DNA from: Macrostomum hystrix
Taxonomy: Eukaryota; Animalia; Platyhelminthes
DNA length: 64,000 bases
Direction of reading: 5' to 3'
Assembly (NCBI GenBank): GCA_950097015.1
Contig: CATNEN010000003.1
Span: 13,020,001 to 13,084,000 of the forward strand
Shown here: positions 48,501 through 60,496 of the stretch, piece after piece
Position numbering within the stretch: position 1 is the first letter of the stretch
Layout of the letters: every line of letters starts with the position of its first letter
Translations under genes and position numbers: made by a program
The notes under the pieces: model-generated
The model's input: only the letters and a program-made list of their open reading frames with translations
Told to the model about the DNA's origin: nothing
The model's database searches: none

Positions 48501-48728
48501 AGTCTGACACAATAGCTAACAGTCTGACACAATAGCTAACAGTCTGACACAGTATCTAACAGTCTGACACAGTATCTAACAGTCTGACACAGTATCTAAC
48601 AAGAAGAAAATATTTACGACCTACCAGTTCACAGCATCGCAATCTCGCTCAGTACAGTCTGTGACGCGATGAAAGCTTCCTTGACTATTGAGCCTGTCAG
48701 ACAACAGCGCATTGACGGGTGTAAACAT
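42598..48728 (-). CDS. hb: Hunchback C2H2 zinc-finger transcription factor. Exons: 48625-48728, 47280-47704, 44936-45542, 42598-43204; ~580 aa
   Basis: Diagnostic central fingers [59 protein letters not shown]; C-terminal pair [23 protein letters not shown]; two N-terminal fingers. Introns GT-AG; total 1743 nt in frame. The first exon is inferred from phase. Confidence 0.95.
43285..44921. repeat. TGTTAGAC-core repeats in hb intron 3: ~19-bp degenerate units (43285-43500), then a 14-bp unit CATGTTAGACAGTG
   Basis: Period of 14 measured at 43741/43755. Confidence 0.95.
45660..46290 (-). mobile_element. SINE family B copy (5'-truncated), interrupted by a CORE-SINE
   Basis: 45660-45713 plus 46034-46290 align collinearly with 35180-35500. 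Confidence 0.8.
45714..46022 (+). mobile_element. Full-length tRNA-derived CORE-type SINE (family A)
   Basis: A-box TAGCCTAGTGG and B-box GGTTCGATTCC; central TGTGTCCTTTAGCAAGACACTTAAC..CAGTTCACCCAGCTGTTAAATGGG resembles the MIR/CORE domain; A-rich tail; 11-bp TSD ATTGGGTGACA at 45703-45713 and 46023-46033. Confidence 0.9.
46884..47185. repeat. ~23-bp repeat (GGGATCTTTGGATTCTGAATTTT)
   Basis: Seen directly. Confidence 0.85.
47754..48601. repeat. 20-bp minisatellite (AGTATCTAACAGTCTGACAC) filling hb intron 1
   Basis: Exact 20-bp register. Confidence 0.97.
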
Positions 48729-49267
48729 TCTTTCCTCTCGACCCGCGAAATTGTCTGTCGTTCTCTAGTCTATCTTTTGAGAACGAGTTTTAGATTCTTT
48801 GTCTTCTCGCTGTCTGCTTCTATAGAAGAAGTAGAAAAAGATAGTATGTTCTCTTGCTCACCTTTTCTACCTGACCTGTCTCTCTCTTTCTGTGAAAACT
48901 CTTTAAAAAGCGTACGCCAAGCCCCTCGCTACTGCAGGATTACCTCACACTTTGTCTCCTATCTGCCTCCAACCGCGAGAAGCCTCTCTGACCCCCCCCT
49001 TAGCGAAACTGTCCACCTCATATCTCTGACGCAATCAGACCAGACTTCTGACCAATGAAGGCTGTCGTCTCTCGCACCCCAAAACCCAATTTTTGGTCGC
49101 GTCTGGTCAAGCCATAGCTAGTAGAAATGTGTGGCTTTCTGATTGCAACGTTTTCTCTCTATGGTTTTGTCTTTCATTGGTTGGTGTTGCCGTGTCTCAG
49201 TTGCTATCTTGACTGGCTTTTTAGAACTAATTGAGACTGAGTCTCTTGGTGGTTTAGTTAGTCACCG

Positions 49268-49705
49268 AGTGAGAGAGAGTGGGAGAGAAGGAGAGGAATA
49301 GAGGGGGAGAAGGAGAGGAATAGAGGGGGAGAAGGAGAGGAAAGGGAGAGAAGAAGAGGAAAGGGAGAGAAGAAGAGGGAAAGAAGGAGAGGGAGAGAAG
49401 GAGAGGGAGAGAAGGAGAGGGAGAGAAGGAGAGGTAGAGAAGGAGAGGGAGAGAAGGAGAGGGAGAGAAGTAGAGGGAGAGAAGGAGAGGTAAAGAAGGA
49501 GAGGGAGAGAAGGAGAGGGAGAGAAGGAGAGGGAGAGAAGGAGAGGTAGATAAGGAGAGGGAGAGGGAGAGAGAAGGAGAGGGAGAGAGAAGGAGAGGTA
49601 GAGAAGGAGAGCGAGAGAAAGAGAGGGAGAGAAGGAGAGGTAGAGAAGGAGAGGGAGAGAAGGAGAGGGAGAGAAGGAGAGGGAGAGAAGGAGAAGGAGA
49701 GAGGC
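49268..49705. repeat. Polypurine (GA-rich) low-complexity tract
   Basis: Seen directly. Confidence 0.9.
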
Positions 49706-50301
49706 AGTCAAAGGCGGTAGAGAATATTTAGAATATGAATATAGGTAGTCGAGCAAATTAAGCAGAAAAAGAGAGCAAAAAATAATATTGCTATATAATT
49801 GATCAGGTTTTTATTTGCTAACACAGATTTAATTTCCAGTGTTGCGCAGTTGAATAAGATTATAAGACAGCTTTTGTCATCTCCCCGCTAGGCAATTAAT
49901 CATCTGTGTCTGCGTCTACTTCTGTGCGTGTGGCGCAACAGAAAATTCCTACTTTTTTTCGCCCCCAGAGGTGATATCGAATTTCCCGTTGAATTCTTGA
50001 TCAAGGTCCGTTTTATTTCTTCGCCCTAATTTTTTGTTGCGTTAGTGGGGCGAGCTTCCATTCTATTTGTTGTTTAACTGAAACTTAGGAAAATGCTTAA
50101 CCCAGTGTGGTTGCGCAATCATTAAAGGATGTCATTAATTTTTTGTTTAAAAAAACCAACTACGATTAGCAACATGCAGCAACATAAAATAACAACTGAA
50201 TAGAAAATAGTTATCAAGTTAAGTCAGGTATATTGGTATTATTATGGCAGAGTTAGAGAACGTACATTATTTCTTTTATCTTGGACTTGATTTGATAGTA
50301 C

Positions 50302-51012
50302 GAGAGGGGTAGATAGAGAGGGTATATAGAGAGAGAGGGTGTATAGAGAGAGGGTGTATAGAGAGAGGTAGATAGAGAGAGAGGGTGTATAGAGAGAGGT
50401 AGATAGAGAGAGGGTGTATGGAGAGAGGGTAGATAGAGAGAGGGTGTATAGAGAGAGGTTGGATAGAGAGAGGGTAGATAGAGAGAGAGTAGATAGAGAG
50501 GAAGGGTAGATACAGATAGAGGGTAGATAGGGAGAGAGGGTAGATTGAGAGAGAGGGTAGACAGAGAGAGAGGGTAGATAGAGAGAGAGGGGGTAGATTG
50601 AGAGAGAGGGTAGATTGAGAGAGAGAGGGTAGATTGAGAGAGAGAGGGTAGATTGAGAGAGAGAGGGTAGATAGAGAGAGAGGGTAGATAGAGAGAGAGG
50701 GTAGATAGAGAGAGAGGGTGTATAGAGAGAGGGTGTATAGAGAGAGGGTGTATAGAGAGAGGGTGTATAGAGAGAGGGTGTATAGAGAGAGGTTGGATAG
50801 AGAGAGGGTAGATAGAGAGAGAGTAGATAGAGAGGAAGGGTAGATACAGATAGAGGGTAGATAGGGAGAGAGGGTAGATTGAGAGAGAGGGTAGACAGAG
50901 AGAGAGGGTAGATAGAGAGAGAGGGGGTAGATTGAGAGAGAGGGTAGATTGAGAGAGAGAGGGTAGATTGAGAGAGAGAGGGTAGATTGAGAGAGAGAGG
51001 GTAGATAGATAG
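50302..51012. repeat. GAGAGGGTAGATAGA-type minisatellite with a 334-bp internal duplication
   Basis: Marker GAAGGGTAGATACAGA at 50501 and 50835. Confidence 0.9.
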
Positions 51013-51821
51013 AAGTTAGATTAGAGAGGTACGTTGGTAGGTACTAGTAAACAGTAACTAGACAGTTGTAGAGATTTTGAGAAGACTCACAAGCACGCAG
51101 TCAATTAAACAATAGATAAATCATGTGAGCATACGAACACACAATGGACTTTAATGTCAAAACATATTTTACAATTCGGTCTGATGAAACTGTAAGCATG
51201 AAAAAAAGTAAAAAAGCAAATAAATATTCTAAATTTATTCCCCTGTTTCAGATCACAATATTCCAGATATCTGCTGTCAAATTAGGGTTGCAAAATCTTT
51301 TACAGAAATCTCAAATCAAAACAACTGATCTAACTTTCTATTGAACAACTGTTGCAGAATATTCTTCTTCGCAACAGCGCACTGACTGACTGCTATCAGT
51401 CACCCACCCCAACCTCCGCGACTGCTACACTTTACCTAAGCGTTGCGCAATAAGGCTAGAAGACATCGTAAAATATGGGAAGTCATATTCGGAACGCTGG
51501 AAAACCAAGGCTAGAACGGAAAAAATGGGTATTTATGATTTATGATTTCCGGTTTACACAGTCGAAAATTTGCAAGTGGCTGATATAAAATTAGTGATAG
51601 AAACTGTAACTTCAAGAACCACTTGTCTGACGACAGGAAGAACTGTGTAAGACTGCAATTAACTTTTAACTTTTCCGTTCGCATGGAAACAGGATTTCGC
51701 TTTGCTAATTGGCGTTTTGGGAACTCCTTGGAGACCTGTGATTCGTTTCATTTTGTCTATGGCCTAAACTAGATTTTTCATGTGAACAACGAACACTTTT
51801 ATACATCAACGAGCTAAATAT

Positions 51822-52857
51822 CACGGTTTACTAAAATTTCAGGATTCACTGAGATCTCACAATTCACTAAAATCCCACAATTCACTAAAATCCCACGATT
51901 CACTAAAATCCCACAATTCAATAAAATCCAACTATTCACTAAAATCCCACGATTCACTAAAATCCTATGATTCACTAAAATCCCACAATTCAATAAAATC
52001 CTATGATTCAATAAAATCCCACGATTCACTAAATCCTACGATTCACTAAAATCCCACGATTCACTAAATCCTACGATTCACTAAAATCCCACGATTCACT
52101 AAATCCGACGATTCACTAAAATCCCACGATTCACTAAATCCTACGATTCACTAAAATCCCACGATTCACTAAATCCTACGATTCACTAAAATCCCACGAT
52201 TCACTAAATCCTACGATTCACTAAAATCCCACGATTCACTAAATCCGACGAGTCACTAAAATCCCACGATTCACTAAATCCTACGATTCACTAAAATCCC
52301 ACGATTCACTAAATCCTACGATTCACTAAAATCCCACGATTCACTAAATCCTACGATTCACTAAAATCCCACGATTCACTAAATCCGACGATTCACTAAA
52401 ATCCCACGATTCACTAAAATCCCACGATTCACTAAAATCCCACGATTCACTAAATCCTACGATTCACTAAAATCCCACGATTCACTAAATCCTACGATTC
52501 ACTAAAATCCCACGATTCACTAAATCCGACGATTCACTAAAATCCCACGATTCACTAAATCCTACGATTCACTAAAATCCCACGATTCACTAAATCCTAC
52601 GATTCACTAAAATCCCACGATTCACTAAATCCTACGATTCACTAAAATCCCACGATTCACTAAATCCGACGATTCACTAAAATCCCACGATTCACTAAAA
52701 TCCCACGATTCACTAAATCCTACGATTCACTAAAATCCCACGATTCACTAAAATCCTATTATTTACTAAAATCCCACGATTCACTAAATCCCACGATTCA
52801 CTAAATCCCACGATTCACTAAATCCTACGATTCACTAGAATCCCACGATTCACTAAA
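51822..52857. repeat. Alternating 18/17-bp minisatellite (ATTCACTAAAATCCCACG / ATTCACTAAATCCTACG)
   Basis: Seen directly. Confidence 0.95.
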
Positions 52858-53711
52858 TGCATACTATGATTAGCGGATTCGCTGATTCATTTAACTACTG
52901 GGCATTCTTTTTTACAGCACATTTTTTTCGTTAGTCACTTCAGCAACGCGCTATAGAAATTCAGTGTTCTCAATTCTCCACTCTAGTGTTAAACTTATTC
53001 TTATAGATAAGACATTGCTAATAAGCAATGTACAATTCTTCTTCAAAGCCACTTTTAGCCTTTCAAACATGCTACCGCCTGTATAAGATTTCTGGAGTCT
53101 AAAATAATCTGCTGATATAAAAGCAAAGATAAGTTACAGTGTTTTTTGTTTCCGAGTTCGTCTTATCTATTAGAACTGCGTGGGTTCGTTGTCTGTGTTA
53201 CGCAATACCCACAAGCACAGACTAGGCAACAAACAACAATACCGCAGCAAGCAACTAAGAGACATTAAAAAGAAGAATTGAGAAAGACAATGTGCTTTTC
53301 TAAGATACGTACAGAATGATCGGAATATAGGTCGTATAGCTAGCAAAATGAGATTGTGAAAAAGTTTAAACTAAAACTGACTCACAATTGAACCGGTTTA
53401 GCATAATATGACGAATGTCCAGACACCCCAGAACAGGTTGCGTAATATTGCTGCTATGGTCTAAAGCATTCTTGCTTCATCGCTCTCTTTCTTTTTTCCA
53501 GTTTATTGTTTCGCTTCCTATAGGGGGCCGGGGGGGTGTAGCACCTAACAAAAGCGCATTGCTGACAGGTGAAATTTATTGGCGAAACGTGCAGCTACAC
53601 ACAATGATGCAGCGGTAAAGTAGCACTTGATAAACTGTGCACACGATTTTTGAAATTTTGTTCCTGAACCATCTATCCGCATACTAAACTGTATTACTGT
53701 GGTGTCTGCCT

Positions 53712-54243
53712 TTCTAACTGTCCTCTGTCTGTCTGTCTAACTGTCCTCTGTCTGTCTAACTGTCCTCTGTCTGTCTGTCTATCCTCTGTCTGTCTGTCTA
53801 ACTGTCCTCTGTCTGTCTAACTGTCCTCTGTCTGTCTGTCTAACTGTCCTCTGTCTGTCTAACTGTCCTCTGTCTGTCTAACTGTCCTCTGTCTGTCTGT
53901 CTAACTGTCCTCTGTCTGTCTAACTGTCCTCTGTCTGTCTGTCTAACTGTCCTCTGTCTGTCTAACTGTCCTCTGTCTGTCTGTCTAATTGTCCTCTGTC
54001 TGTCTGTCTAATTGTCCTCTGTCTGTCTAACTGTCCCCTGTCTGTCTGTCTAACTGTCCTCTGTCTGTCTGTCTGCCTGTCCTCTGTCTGTCTGTCTGTC
54101 TGTCCTCTGTCTGTCTGTCTGTCTGTCCTCTGTCTGTCTGTCTGTCTGTCCTCTGTCTGTCTGTCTGTCTGTCCTCTGTCTGTCTGTCTGTCTGTCCTCT
54201 GTCTGTCTGTCTGTCTGTCCTCTGTCTGTCTGTCTAACTGTCT
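53712..54243. repeat. (TGTC)n-based compound repeat with TCTAACTGTCCTC units
   Basis: Seen directly. Confidence 0.9.
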
Positions 54244-55084
54244 AGCATGCCTATCTGTTTGGTCCCTCAGTATAAACAGTTGAAGATTTCTCAAGTTTCA
54301 ATAGAACAGACAGCAACCATCAACAGGTGGCTAGGCCTAGCCCTTGGCTATGTTGCTAAGCTGCCTAGCAGATATTTGATGACGTCATTGAGGCCCTTGG
54401 CCCGCATCCACTTCCCAATGTCATCGTGATGCAATCAGTGTTACTATAAATTATAATCACAAAGCCATTTTAAAACATTTTTGCAACACGCCAAAACTAT
54501 AAATAAAATTCAGGTCAATAAAATTATAGCACAAATCGACCATCAGAACTTTAACACCGTAGCATGGCTACAGAAAATATCCCTAAAAATGGGAGAATTT
54601 TCGCTTCCCCCAATTCTTCGAGCGGTTGGCCCGCACCGAGCGAGGCAAACAACCCCAGAACGTGACGATTGCTTCCGAAAAATAATTGGGATTTGCGCAA
54701 CGCATCTTATTCCCCACCTCATAGATGTGTGCCTTCCCTACCCAATGCCATCCTAGCCTCTAGTTTTAGAAAAATTGTCTATCATATTTCTCTTTTCGAA
54801 TTTTTCGACCATAGCCGTGCGGAATCAACCGGCTGACGCAATCGTAGCGACAATCCAACTCTACGGAGAAGGTCTACTGCAGTCACACTGCCTAGGATTG
54901 ACAACAAAGACTTCATAGCCTAGGCTAAACATTCATGATCTTTCTACGGTTCGAATTAAACTTGCGCGATGAAGTCAACAGCATGTAACAGGAGCATTTT
55001 TAGCGAAATTTATCCAACATTCCACTGAGAGTTCTCAAGTCTACTTCTCACTCTTTTATCTACTTCTCTTCGATCTCATACCAA

Positions 55085-55778
55085 CTTCTCATGACCCTTA
55101 TCTACTTACCATGATCCTTATCTACTTCTCATGACCCTTATCTACTTACCATGATCCTTATCTACTTCTCATGACCCTTATCTACTTACCATGATCCTTA
55201 TCTACTTCTCATGACCCTTATCTACTTCTCATGACCCTTATCTACTTACCATGATCCTTATCTACTTCTCATGACCCTTATCTACTTACCATGATCCTTA
55301 TCTACTTCTCATGACCCTTATCTACTTCTCATGATTCTTATCTACTTCTCACGAATCTTATCCAAATGTCATGGCCTTTATCTACTTCTCATGACCCTTA
55401 TCTACTTACCATGATACTTATCTACTTCTCATGACCCTTATCTACTTACCATGATCCTTATCTACTTCTCATGACCCTTATCTACTTACCATGATCCTTA
55501 TCTACTTCTCATGACCCTTATCTACTTCTCATGACCCTTATCTACTTACCATGATCCTTATCTACTTCTCATGACCCTTATCTACTTACCATGATCCTTA
55601 TCTACTTCTCATGACCCTTATCTACTTACCATGATCCTTATCTACTTCTCACGAATCTTATCCAAATGTCATGGCCTTTATCTACTTCTCATGATACTTA
55701 TCTACTTTTTTATGATCCTTATCTACTTCCCATGATCCTTATCTACTTCTCATTAATCTGATCTACTTCTCATGATCA
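55085..55778. repeat. 20-bp minisatellite (TCTACTTCTCATGACCCTTA) with a 300-bp higher-order duplication
   Basis: Variant block at 55351 and 55651. Confidence 0.95.
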
Positions 55779-56444
55779 TTTTGTAGTTCTCAGTATCTTC
55801 ATTAAATTATTTTATCATTTTCTCACCTTCTTAAGCCAAGGCTCGCCAAAAACAATGGCGCTTCATAAAAATTAATTAATACTGCTAGCTAGTGCCCCCG
55901 GAACAAAGACGATCTTCGAGAGACAGGTTTCATCCGGAAGAGCGCATTGGTTACGCCATCAACACTCGAAGACCATTCTACTCGTAAAATCACTGCACCC
56001 GAACAAACTTTTCATAAACGAATCTTTTCAACGAATTAGACATAACAGGAAAAATCCTTTAGGTCAAGGATCTATTGGGAAAATTTTCCACCTCATTCCG
56101 GAATATTAAACACACTCGGATGTTATCAACTGATTACATTTTCGTCTAAGGAAACCAACCCAGACCACAAATGAAATCTTGATTTGACGGGAGTAAGTAG
56201 AGTTTTTCAATTAAATATTCTGTGTCCGTTCTGCACACAAAATCAAGCTTGTGACACGTGCGACACACATAAACTCCGCTACTGAAATCACTGCAAAAGT
56301 TTTAATCCTCTACGCTTGAAGAAAATTCCCAACTTTATACTATCCTCTTTTCAATTTTCTGTTCGCGAGTCACTGAATATTAAAGGATTTCATTTTCTTG
56401 AAACACCTGGGTACAACTGTTAAGTAGGATTTTGACTGGAAAAC

Positions 56445-56960
56445 GAGATCCGATATTGTAGAAACATAAAATTGAGGATCTGGGATTGTAGGAATCAAAA
56501 TCTGAGGATAAGGGATTTTAGGAATCTAAATCTGGGGATCTGGGATTGTGGGAATCTAAATCTTGGGATCTGGGATTGTGGGAATCTAAATCTGGGGATC
56601 TGGGATTGTGGGAATCTAAATCTGGGGATCTGAGATTGTGGGAATCTAAAACTGGGGATCTGAGATTGTGGGAATCTAAATCTGGGGATCTGGGATTGTG
56701 GGAATCTAAATCTGGGGATCTGGGATTGTAGGAATCGAAATCTGGGGATCTGGGATTGTATAAATCGAAATCTGGGGATCTGGGATTGTGGGAATCTAAA
56801 TCTGGGGATCTGGGATTGTAGAAATCTAAATCTGGGGATCTGGGATTGTGGGAATCTAAATCTAGGATTGTAGAATCCAAATATGGGGATCTGGGATTGT
56901 AGGAAACTAAATCTGGGGATCTGAAATTGTAGAAATCTAAATTTGAGGATCTGGAATTCG
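56445..56960. repeat. 30-bp minisatellite (GGAATCTAAATCTGGGGATCTGGGATTGTG)
   Basis: Exact 30-bp register. Confidence 0.93.
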
Positions 56961-57429
56961 AATATTAGAATCACTAGGAAACGTTATTAAAACAGACGTT
57001 GAGAACAACAGAATTCCATTTAATTAGTCTTGAAAGACTTGAGACATCGACTCAAAGTTGATAAAATCTATCCTAACTCGAAGGTAAACTCGAAAAACCA
57101 ATATTGTGTGTAGGTATACTATATAGACGTTGATATGGCACATTATGGCATATTATTTAGGTTTACCTAAGCCCAGTGGATTTGGCAGCTATCCAAAGTT
57201 GAGATTATTGTCTTTCCAACTCAACTGTGATCGATAGTTAGCTATATTCCCAAAAATACCAATTAGTTCGCATAGGGGATAATTTCCGTCCGTGTGAGCA
57301 GGTTTTTGACATAGATTGCGCAAAATATCCTATCTTGTTGCATCACACAGTTCTGAACATTAGCAATGCGGGTCAAATGTTTCCTCACTCTGACATACCA
57401 TTTTAATACCCTGCTCAACCAAAACTACT

Positions 57430-57895
57430 CACTCCACCGTCTCACCTGACTCTCACTCTACTCTACTACCTTCGCTCTACTCTGTACCCAATTTCACCCT
57501 ACCTTTCACTCTACTTTCTCCAGAATATCACCCTTCCCCTCTCTCTTGTCTCAACCTACCCCTCACTCTACTCTCAATCTACCCCACACTCTACTCTCAA
57601 CCTACCCCTCACTCTACTCTCAACCTACCCCTCACTCTACTCTCAACCTACCCCTCACTCTACTCTCAACCTACCCCTCAGTCTACTCTCAATCTACCCC
57701 ACACTCTACTCTCACTCTACTCTACTACTCTACTCTCAACCTACCCCTCAGTCTACTCTCAACCTACCTTCCACTCTACTCTCAACCTACCTTCCACTCT
57801 ACTCTCATCTACCCCTCACTCTACTCTTAACCTACCTCTCACCCTACTCTCAACCTACCCCTCACCCTACTATAACCCTAACCCCACTCTACTGT
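57430..57895. repeat. ~23-bp repeat (CTCTACTCTCAACCTACCCCTCA)
   Basis: Seen directly. Confidence 0.88.
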
Positions 57896-58579
57896 ATTCC
57901 AAATCTTAATCTACTCTTCTAGTCTGCAAGCCTACAAAGAGCGCCAGGTGCAATCTCGAGGGTAGCAAAGATTGCGCAAACACGAGAATGTCTTCACACG
58001 CTCACCTGGTCACACAATGAACAATAAACTGAGAAAAAAAATTTGACTGCATCAAAATATATGAGTAATATTTTCAGACTCAGGCGGTCGTCACAGAGAC
58101 CACGGTAACAAAATTGTTGCGTCAGACATGCCAGCCTCAAACTAGATTTGAATGAGTCGGTTTTAGTAGGATAAATACGAGCTATAAAATTGGCAGTTCA
58201 TTCCCTTTGGGAATATAAACATTTAAAATTAATTATATAGGCGCGAAACTAATGGGTCCTACGAGCAGGCCCAATACTGGTTGATTTTTATTCCTAGAAA
58301 AGTATTTGAAAAGCACGCCTTTATAATAACTCATTGTTGCGCAATTCAGCAATCTAAATTTAGGATTATCATAATAAAACCAGCCTCCCAATCGAGTATC
58401 AGCCGACACGTCAAGTATTGAATGTCTCGATCAGCTGTCATCAACAATCAGCATCGTGTCGAGTAGTTGGGTTCAAGTTTAGATTATATTTCTGCATATT
58501 ACAGCCTTTCGATACATTTGGTGTAGTAGCTAATTAGATTCAGACTACAGTGAATTAATGTGGACTGCCACTTAGTCTT

Positions 58580-59890
58580 GGAGACAGGGTGTCCAATCCT
58601 ACTATCTTGACGATAGCCTGTCCTATCTTGAAGACAGGCTATCACACAGACAGGGTGTCCTATCTTGAAGACAGGCTATCACACAGACAGGGTGTCCTAT
58701 CTTGAAGACAGGCTATCACACAGACAGGGTGTCCTATCTTGAAGACAGGCTATCACACAGACAGGGTGTCCTATCTTGAAGACAGGCTATCACACAGACA
58801 GGGTGTCCTATCTTGAAGACAGGGTGACCATCTTAAAGACAGGGTGTCCATCTTAAAGACAGGGTGTCCATCTTGAAGGCAGGGTGTCCTATCTTGAAAA
58901 CAGTGTGTCCATTTTAAAGACAGGGTGTCCATCTTAAAGACAGGGTGTCCTATCTTGAAAACAGGGTTTCCATTTTAAAGACAGGGTGTCCATCTTAAAG
59001 ACAGGATCACCATCTTGAAGGCAGGGTGTCCTATCTTAGAGACAGGATGTCCATCTTGAAGACAGGGTGTCCATGTTAAAGACAGGATGTCCATCTTGAA
59101 GGCAGGGTGTCCATCTTGAAGACAGTGTGTCCATCTTGAAGACAGGGTGTCCATTTTAAAGACAGGGTGTCTATCTTAAAGACCAGATGTCCTATCTTAA
59201 AGACAGGGTGTCCATCTTGAAGACAGTGTGTCCATCTTGAAGACAGGGTGTCCATCTTGAAGACAGTGTGTCCATCTTGAAGGTAGGGTGTCCATCTTAA
59301 AGACAGGATGTCCATCTTGAAGGCAGGGTTTCCATCTTGAAGACAGTGTGTCCATCTTAAAGACAGGATGTCCATCTTGAAGGCAGGGTGTCCATCTTGA
59401 AGGCAGGGTTTCCATCTTGAAGACAGTGTGTCCATCTTAAAGACAGGATGTCCATCTTGAAGGCAGGGTGTCCTATCTTAAAGACAGGATGTCCATCTTG
59501 AAGACAGGGTGTCCATGTTAAAGATAGGATGTCCATCTTGAAGGCAGGGTGTCCATCTTGAAGACAGGGTGTCCATCTTAAAGACAGGATGTCCATCTTG
59601 AAGGCAGGGTGTCCATCTTAAAGACAGGGTGTCCATCTTAAAGACAGGGTGTCCATCTTAAAGACAGGGTGTCCATCTTAAAGACAGGGTGTCCATCTTA
59701 AAGACAGGATGTCCATCTTGAAGGCAGGGTGTCCTATCTTAAAGACAGGATGTCCATCTTGAAGACAGGGTGTCCATGTTAAAGATAGGATGTCCATCTT
59801 GAAGGCAGGGTGTCCATCTTGAAGACAGGGTGTCCATCTTAAAGACAGGATGTCCATCTTGAAGGCAGGGTGTCCATCTTAAAGACCAGG
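58580..59890. repeat. 37-bp unit (58620-58820) grading into a 20-bp unit (CAGGGTGTCCATCTTAAAGA)
   Basis: Periods measured; shared core CAGGGTGTCC(T)ATCTT. Confidence 0.93.
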
Positions 59891-60496
59891 TCCACTGCAG
59901 CATAAAGAAAGAGTTGGCAATTGTTAATAGCTAATAATAGAAAGAATTACAGTACAGTCTGCATTCTGTATTGTTTACAGAAGTGTTTTCGTTTGTGCAA
60001 AACAATACAAACTGGCATTAATATATTTCGTCAAAGCATGTACGCATTGTACACTAGGTATTTAATTTGAAATAATGCAACAGAAAAGTTTATAACAAAG
60101 CAAACTTAAATTATACGTGCTTCATAAAAAAGCAAACAAAATTAAACAAAGAAAACTGGATACGATAAGAAATTAATTTACAGATTTTGATCGTACTTTT
60201 CTTTCAAGTAGAATACCAAAACTAACTACTGATGTCACTGAGTTCAGTAGGCAGGTAAGAATAGTGTACAAAGTGTTTTTAACAGATATCAAATTAAATA
60301 GTAACATTCTTTTTGTAATAAACACCATAGAAAACATTACAATATTTATCTGCTATTTCTGGTTCAAACATAAATCTTAATAAATAGTTGAATGCATAAT
60401 TCCCACTGATTGGGTCCTTAGATAGCTTAGATAACACTAACCAAACCCAAAGCCAATTAATATTCACTTAAATCCTACAAGAGGCACACAGATTCG

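Noticed and set aside
48669-49058. 129-aa plus-strand ORF
   Set aside because: Antisense to the hb first exon and promoter; no recognisable domain
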